Below are positions 59,091-64,000 of a stretch of 64,000 bases of DNA, piece by piece (position 1 is the first letter of the stretch; every line of letters starts with the position of its first letter). The DNA is from Gemmatimonadales bacterium (GTDB taxonomy: Bacteria; Gemmatimonadota; Gemmatimonadetes; Gemmatimonadales; GWC2-71-9). The position numbers and the translations under genes are program-made. The stretch covers positions 16,300-80,299 of the forward strand of contig DATAOI010000113.1 in assembly GCA_036265815.1 (NCBI GenBank), written 5' to 3'. Under the pieces are notes generated by a model. The model was not told the DNA's origin, did not search any database, and saw only the letters and a list, made by a program, of their open reading frames with translations.

Positions 59091-59105
59091 TGCAGCGCCC
59101 GTGCC
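59091..59105 (-). promoter_or_regulatory. Sigma-54 type (-24/-12) promoter candidate for the pqq operon
   Basis: The minus strand reads cGGCACG-GGCG-CTGCAt, against the consensus TGGCACG-N4-TTGCW. The GG and GC dinucleotides are at canonical spacing, about 107 nt upstream of the pqqA ATG. Confidence 0.5.
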
Positions 59106-59221
59106 GCGACGGCCGCGGCCGACATCGAGCGGCCAAGCAGTTGTGCTCTCGATAATTAGGTGAGGAAACCCGGATCTGCTGCCGGCTGGGGGTGCTGGCC
59201 GGCGAGCGGGGCATTCAACCC

Positions 59222-59243
59222 AGTTGGGTGATCTCACCCAACT
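59222..59243. promoter_or_regulatory. Palindrome copy 1: AGTTGGGTGA-TC-TCACCCAACT (perfect 10-bp arms)
   Basis: Located 12 nt after the stop of the NtrC-type regulator gene and about 130 bp upstream of the sigma-54-type promoter, the usual enhancer distance. Confidence 0.4.
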
Positions 59244-59254
59244 CATTCGGCCCG

Positions 59255-60679
59255 TCAGGCTTGGATGCCGTGCTTCTTGAGCCGGTAGCGCAGGGTATCG
59301 CGAGTGATGCCCAACCGTTGCGCCGCCTTGGTCTGATTGCCGTCTGCTTCCCGAAGCGCCTGCTCGATCAGCGATTTCTCCCACCGCTCCAGATCCACTC
59401 CCGGCGCCGGCAGCGTCGGCGTGGCCGGAATGGCCGACGACTCTGGCAGTGGACCCGGCTCAGGCGCCACGCTGTCCGGGGCGGGGCTCGAGCGCAGCGG
59501 GTCCCCCAGCGAGAGGTGCTCCACTTCCAGGGTGGCCTCGCCCCGGCTCCAGAGCACGGCGCGCTCCATCACGTGGCTCAGCTCACGTACGTTGCCCGGC
59601 CAGGGGTAGGACAGGAGCAGCTCCCGCGCCCGGCTGTCGATGACACGGACGTCCTTGCCATACTTGGCGTTGAAGCGCCGGAGAAAGTGCTCCGCCAGGA
59701 TCAGGATGTCGCCGCCACGCTCGCGCAGCGGCGGCAGATGGAGGATGATCACGGCGAGCCGGAAGTAGAGGTCCCGGCGGAACTGCTCGCGCTGGGCCTC
59801 CCGCTCGAGGTCGCGGTTGGTGGCGGCCAGGATGCGAACGTCGATCCGGCGGTCCCGTACGCCTCCCACGCGGCGGACGCTCCGGTCCTCGACGGCTTTG
59901 AGCAGCTTTCCCTGGAGCTGCAGCTCGAGGTCTCCCACCTCGTCCAGCAAGAGAAATCCTCCCTCCGCCGCCTCGAACAGACCCATCTTGGATTCTTTAG
60001 CGTCGGTGAAGGCTCCCCGCTCGTGCCCGAAGAGCTCGGCCTCCATCAGATTGGCGGGAAGGGCAGTGCAGTTCACTTCGATGAATGGCCGGTTGGCGCG
60101 CGGGCTCGCCCCATGGATAATGTGGGCGATGAGACCCTTGCCCGTACCGGTCTCGCCGGTGATCAGAACCGGCGGGGTCTCCTGCAGGGCGGCGACCTGC
60201 CGGGCCTGGTCCAGCACCGCCCGGAGCCCGGGTGACTGGCCTACCATCCCGGCGACCGGGAGGTCGGGTGCGGTGGCTCGGCGCCGGTAGTAGGAGAGCT
60301 CCTGCTTGATCTGTGAGGTCTCGCGGGCCCGGTCGGCCAGGAGCTTGAGCTCTTCGAGGTCGACCGGCTTCTTGAGGTAGTCGAACGCGCCGAGCTTCAC
60401 CGCCTCGACCGCGCCCTCGATGGTGCCGTGCGCGGTCATGATGATGACGGGGATGGCGGCGTCGAACTCCCGGATCCGGCGCAGCAGGTCGATGCCGCTC
60501 ATGCCGGGCAGCCGAACGTCGGTGAAGACGACGTCCGGGCGGAGCGTTTCCAGGAGACGAAGCGCCTGCTCCGCGTCGCCCGCGACCTCGGCCTCGTACC
60601 CCGACTCGGTCAGGAAGCCCTTCACCGCTCGGGCCAGGGTCCGCTCGTCATCGACGATCAGCACCGTGGAGCCGCTCAT
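59255..60679 (-). CDS. Sigma-54-dependent response regulator (NtrC family: REC, AAA+, Fis-type HTH)
   Basis: REC domain (VVFTDVRLPGMSG), Walker A GETGTGKG, a GAFTGA-type loop (ERGAFTDA), and the HTH NQTKAAQRLGITRDTLRYRLKK. Confidence 0.9.
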   Translation of the reverse strand: MSGSTVLIVDDERTLARAVKGFLTESGYEAEVAGDAEQALRLLETLRPDVVFTDVRLPGMSGIDLLRRIREFDAAIPVIIMTAHGTIEGAVEAVKLGAFDYLKKPVDLEELKLLADRARETSQIKQELSYYRRRATAPDLPVAGMVGQSPGLRAVLDQARQVAALQETPPVLITGETGTGKGLIAHIIHGASPRANRPFIEVNCTALPANLMEAELFGHERGAFTDAKESKMGLFEAAEGGFLLLDEVGDLELQLQGKLLKAVEDRSVRRVGGVRDRRIDVRILAATNRDLEREAQREQFRRDLYFRLAVIILHLPPLRERGGDILILAEHFLRRFNAKYGKDVRVIDSRARELLLSYPWPGNVRELSHVMERAVLWSRGEATLEVEHLSLGDPLRSSPAPDSVAPEPGPLPESSAIPATPTLPAPGVDLERWEKSLIEQALREADGNQTKAAQRLGITRDTLRYRLKKHGIQA

Positions 60680-62196
60680 GCCTCGACCCTCGCGGGCAAT
60701 CGGATCCGCACCGTGGTTCCCTCACCGACCCGGCTTTCGATCTCCAGACGCCCGCCGTTCTGCTCGATGTAGCGCTTGGCGATGGCCAGGCCCAGTCCGG
60801 TGCCCTCCTGACGGGTGGTGAAGAATGGCTCGCAGACCGAGGCAAGGACCCGCTCGGGAATGCCGGGGCCCGTGTCGCTGACCGTCAAGGACACTTCGGG
60901 TGGACCGGCCGCGCCGTCTTCGGCCGCTCCGGCGATCCTGAGCCGCCCGCCCGCGGGCATCGCATCCAGCGCGTTGGAGACGACCTCCACCACCGCCTGC
61001 TCCAGCTGCATCGGATCCACCCGGACCTCTGGCAGGTCGGGGGCCATTGCCACCTCCAGCTCGACCCGATGCTCCCGGAGCGGCTCGGCAAAGGCGGGTA
61101 GCAGCCCCTCGACCAGTCGGGGGAGGCTCTCCGGCATCGGCCGGTAGGGCGCGGGACGGCTGAAGCTCAACAGGTGGCTGATCCGTCGGTCGAGCCGATC
61201 GACCTCCTCGATGATGGCGTCCAGGTGCTCGCGCGAGGAGGGCGACTCCGGGTGGCCGCGGACCAGCTGGGCCGCCGCACGGAGGCTGCCGAGCGGGTTC
61301 CGAAGCCCGTGCGCCACTGCTGCCGCCATTTCGCCGATGGACGCGAGCTTCTCGGACTGGACCAGCTGGGCCTGGGTCCGCTCGAGCTGGACGATCTTGC
61401 GCTCGAGCTCGCCGTTGAGCCGCACCATGTCGGCGCGGGACTGCCGCAGATTCTCGGTCATGCTGCCCAGCGCGCTGGCGAGATCGCCGATCTCATCCCG
61501 GGAGGTGACCGGGATGGGATGATCGAGCTCGCCCGATCCCACGAATGCCATGGCTCGGGTGAGCTCGCTGACCGGCCGGGCGAGGCTCCGCGAGATCGCC
61601 CAGGAGGCGAGGAGTCCCGCGGCCATCGAGAGGACGATGATCGCGAGCAGGGTCCGACCCTCGGCCCGGAGGATCTCCTCCAGCCTGGTGTAGGCACCAC
61701 GCACGCTGGACTCACGCGCCCGGCGATAGATCTCCCGGTTCAGGGCGGTCAGGGCGGGCAGCAGACGGGCCTTGAGCTCGCGCTGCGCCAGACGGTAGGC
61801 GGTCTCCCGCTGACCGGCGTCGTAGAGCACGAAGATGCTGTCCGCCACCGCGACAATCTGACGTTGCACCCCGGCCACCCCGTCCGCCAATTGCATCTCC
61901 TCGGGCCGGAGCTCCGCCCGCCACTTCTGCTGCCAGTAGTCGACCACCTCGCCGGTCAGTTGAAACTCCTTCCGCGCCCCGGGATCGAGGCCGCTCAGAT
62001 AGCGCCAGATCACCTCGCTCTGGTCGAACATCGCGGTCTCCAGCTCCGCGTAGGTGCGGGTGCGGGACATGCTCTCGCCCAGCGCCTGAAGCGCCCGGCG
62101 CTCCAGCACGTTGCTGCGGATCGCCTCCGCGCCGACCAGGAGCGCGGGCAGCACCATCAGGGAGAATCCGAGCAGGAGCTTACGCTGGAAGGTCAC
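60676..62196 (-). CDS. Sensor histidine kinase (two TM helices, periplasmic helical sensor, HAMP, HisKA, HATPase_c)
   Basis: H-box AAVAHGLRNPL, N-box SNALDAM, G-boxes DTGPGI and GTGLGL. 4-nt overlap with the regulator gene. Confidence 0.85.
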   Translation of the reverse strand: MTFQRKLLLGFSLMVLPALLVGAEAIRSNVLERRALQALGESMSRTRTYAELETAMFDQSEVIWRYLSGLDPGARKEFQLTGEVVDYWQQKWRAELRPEEMQLADGVAGVQRQIVAVADSIFVLYDAGQRETAYRLAQRELKARLLPALTALNREIYRRARESSVRGAYTRLEEILRAEGRTLLAIIVLSMAAGLLASWAISRSLARPVSELTRAMAFVGSGELDHPIPVTSRDEIGDLASALGSMTENLRQSRADMVRLNGELERKIVQLERTQAQLVQSEKLASIGEMAAAVAHGLRNPLGSLRAAAQLVRGHPESPSSREHLDAIIEEVDRLDRRISHLLSFSRPAPYRPMPESLPRLVEGLLPAFAEPLREHRVELEVAMAPDLPEVRVDPMQLEQAVVEVVSNALDAMPAGGRLRIAGAAEDGAAGPPEVSLTVSDTGPGIPERVLASVCEPFFTTRQEGTGLGLAIAKRYIEQNGGRLEIESRVGEGTTVRIRLPARVEA

Positions 62197-62258
62197 GCGG
62201 GAAAGCTACGCCGATCCGGCCTCGCCACCAGCACCGGAGCCGCGGCGGGCGGCGCGCC

Positions 62259-63845
62259 TCAGTGGGCCGGGGCGCCGCCGCGGGGATGTCCGGTGCGGAA
62301 GAGGAAGAGCAGCGGGAGCGCGCAGGTGAACGTGATGCCCATGATCAGGAATACCTTCTCGAAGGCGATCATGGATGCCTGCGCGTGCAGCGCGCCTTCT
62401 AGGAGCGCGTGGGCCTTCATCTGTGCCTGTGCCAGGGTACCGCCCTCGCCGAGCAGCCGGCCGGTCACCTGCTGGAGCCAGCCCCGGGTGACCGAGTCTC
62501 CGGCCGTCAGATGGGGCAGCAGCGCCTCCCGGCTCCGCTCGGTAAGGCGGGTGAGCAAGGTGGCGGTGACCGCGATGCCGAAGCTCCCTCCCAGCTGGCG
62601 GGAGAGGTTGAAGAGGCCGGTACCCTGGGCCAGCTGGTTGGGCTCGAGATCGGCCACCGCCACCCCGGTCAAGGGGACGAAGATGAAGCCCAGCCCGACG
62701 CCCCGGAGAATCATGGGCCAGAACAGGTCGCCGGTTCCGCTCTGGGTGGTGAGGTGGGCGTGCATCCACATCGACCAGAGAAAGAGGAGGACGCCGAGAG
62801 TGATCAGTGCCCGCGCATCGATCTTGGGGGCGAGCCGCCCCATGCTGGCCATGGTGATGGCGGCCGCGATGGCGCCGGGCAGGATCACCTTGCCGGTATC
62901 CCAGGCGGTGTAGCCCAGCAGATTCTGTAGAAACACCGGCAGGGCAAAGACGCTGGCATAGAGAGCGAACCCGAGCATCAGACCGAAGATCACCCCGGCG
63001 GTGAGCTGGCGGTTCTTGAGGATACGGAGGTTGACGATCGGATTCCTCACGCGGAGCTCCTGCCAGATGAACAGCAGCATCCCGAGCCCGGCGACGACGC
63101 TCTCGACCATGATCTCGCGAGACTCGAACCAGTCCTTCGACTCGCCGCGCTCCAGCAGGATCTGCAGCGCGCCGATGCCGAGAATGAGGAAGACCAGCCC
63201 CAGCCAGTCCACGCCGTCGCTCCGCGTCACCGCGTGGGTCGGCTCGGGCACGTTGCGCCAGGTCATGAACCCGGCCAGCAGGCCGAGCGGCACGTTGATG
63301 TAGAAGATCCAGGGCCAGGAGTAGTTGTCGGTGATCCAGCCGCCGAGGGTAGGACCCAGGGTCGGGCCCACCATGACCCCCATGCCGAAGATGGCCATCG
63401 CCTTGGCGCGCTCGTGCAGGGGAAAGACGTCGAACAGGATCGCCTGCGCGGTGCTGATGAGCGCCCCCCCGCCTATGCCCTGCACCACCCGCCAGACCAC
63501 CAGGGCCTCGAGCGACCGCGCGCTGCCGCAGAAGAAGGACGCGGCCGTGAACAGCAGGATCGAGCCTGTGTAGTAGTTCCTCCGGCCGAAGCGCTCCGAG
63601 AGCCAGCTGGTGAGCGGCAGCACGATGACGTTGGCGACGATGTATCCGGTGCTGACCCACGCCACCTCGTCGAGGGTGGCCCCGAGGTTCCCCATCATGT
63701 GGGGAATCGCGACGTTCACGATGCTGGTGTCCACCAGCTCGAGCACGCTCGCCAGAGTCACCGCGAAGGCGATGACGTAGCGGGCCCGAAAGACCGCATC
63801 GCGCGAGAGCGCGCGGACCGGTGAGGGAAGCGCCAGGGTGCCCAT
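62259..63845 (-). CDS. emrB: MFS drug:H+ antiporter, DHA2 (14-TMS) family, EmrB-like
   Basis: 528-aa polytopic protein. The N-terminal LVDTSIVNVAIPHM and later WIFYINVPLG are typical of the EmrB/QacA family. Confidence 0.85.
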   Translation of the reverse strand: MGTLALPSPVRALSRDAVFRARYVIAFAVTLASVLELVDTSIVNVAIPHMMGNLGATLDEVAWVSTGYIVANVIVLPLTSWLSERFGRRNYYTGSILLFTAASFFCGSARSLEALVVWRVVQGIGGGALISTAQAILFDVFPLHERAKAMAIFGMGVMVGPTLGPTLGGWITDNYSWPWIFYINVPLGLLAGFMTWRNVPEPTHAVTRSDGVDWLGLVFLILGIGALQILLERGESKDWFESREIMVESVVAGLGMLLFIWQELRVRNPIVNLRILKNRQLTAGVIFGLMLGFALYASVFALPVFLQNLLGYTAWDTGKVILPGAIAAAITMASMGRLAPKIDARALITLGVLLFLWSMWMHAHLTTQSGTGDLFWPMILRGVGLGFIFVPLTGVAVADLEPNQLAQGTGLFNLSRQLGGSFGIAVTATLLTRLTERSREALLPHLTAGDSVTRGWLQQVTGRLLGEGGTLAQAQMKAHALLEGALHAQASMIAFEKVFLIMGITFTCALPLLFLFRTGHPRGGAPAH

Positions 63846-63852
63846 GGCCCAC

Positions 63853-64000
63853 TCAGTCGGTGGCGATGGTGACGTCCACCGACATGCCCGGCCGCAACGG
63901 GTGCGCCGGGTCGGCCGACTGCTCCACCGCGATTCGCACCGGTACGCGCTGCACCACCTTGGTGAAGTTGCCGGTGGCGTTGTCGGGCGGAAGCAGGGCG
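63853..64000 (-). CDS. emrA: HlyD/EmrA-type membrane fusion protein, C-terminal fragment (gene continues beyond the right edge)
   Basis: My translation reads ALLPPDNATGNFTKVVQRVPVRIAVEQSADPAHPLRPGMSVDVTIATD-stop, the conserved EmrA C-terminus. The stop is at 63853-63855. Confidence 0.75.
   Translation of the reverse strand, partial: ALLPPDNATGNFTKVVQRVPVRIAVEQSADPAHPLRPGMSVDVTIATD

Noticed and set aside
59222-59243. The 22-bp palindrome as a simple intrinsic terminator of the regulator gene
   Set aside because: This is not excluded, but there is no U-tract after the stem (GGGUUGAAUG). A near-identical second copy 187 bp away on the other side of a sigma-54-type promoter argues for a protein-binding site, so I report it as regulatory.

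Overview
The window is a very GC-rich stretch of bacterial chromosome, roughly two thirds G+C or more by eye (not computed). It is densely coded, with many 4-nt start/stop overlaps. I found no rRNA, tRNA, CRISPR array, transposase or integrase. All calls rest on reading the ORF translations for family motifs and on re-translating the DNA at gene junctions; no database search was possible. Many ORFs in the supplied track are GC-driven shadow frames or carry spurious N-terminal extensions. I trimmed several starts using junction overlaps (GTGA/ATGA) and motif positions.

Content from left to right:
- (1) 1-19.6 kb: a three-operon surface-glycan locus. It holds Wzm/Wzt ABC export, five GT2/GT4 glycosyltransferases, three polytopic GT-C-like proteins, a CE4 deacetylase, an acyltransferase-3, a GT2-methyltransferase fusion, a kinase-like protein and an LtaS/sulfatase-like membrane enzyme.
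- (2) 19.8-30.7 kb: a tightly packed minus-strand string carrying nth, polX, a hydrolase, a GAF/fRMsr-like protein, M28 and M42 peptidases, a GNAT, a BtuF-like protein and an OPT transporter.
- (3) 30.9-36.1 kb: small membrane proteins, an ECF sigma/anti-sigma pair, PBP4, and two secreted proteins rich in D-S/T-T motifs.
- (4) 36.1-43 kb: acyl-CoA dehydrogenase, a YitJ-like Hcy-methyltransferase/MTHFR fusion and metH.
- (5) 43-54 kb: housekeeping genes (YggT, acyl-ACP desaturase, trxC, YfcC, an orphan RsrA-like ZAS protein, mgtE, cutA, PAP2, pruA).
- (6) 54-64 kb: pqqABCDE fused by overlaps to an ABC-2 exporter. Upstream lie a sigma-54-type promoter flanked by two near-identical palindromes, an NtrC-type activator, a histidine kinase and emrAB.

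The leads I rate highest are:
- the pqq/ABC-2/sigma-54 module;
- the WbdD-like and Arn-like logic in the glycan locus;
- the D-S/T-T (Bacteroidetes-type O-glycosylation sequon-like) repeat proteins;
- an orphan RsrA-like gene behind a GGAAC-N18-GTT promoter.

Taxonomic origin cannot be established from the sequence alone. The gene content is compatible with a Gram-negative, high-GC lineage such as Gemmatimonadota or Acidobacteriota, but that is inference only.
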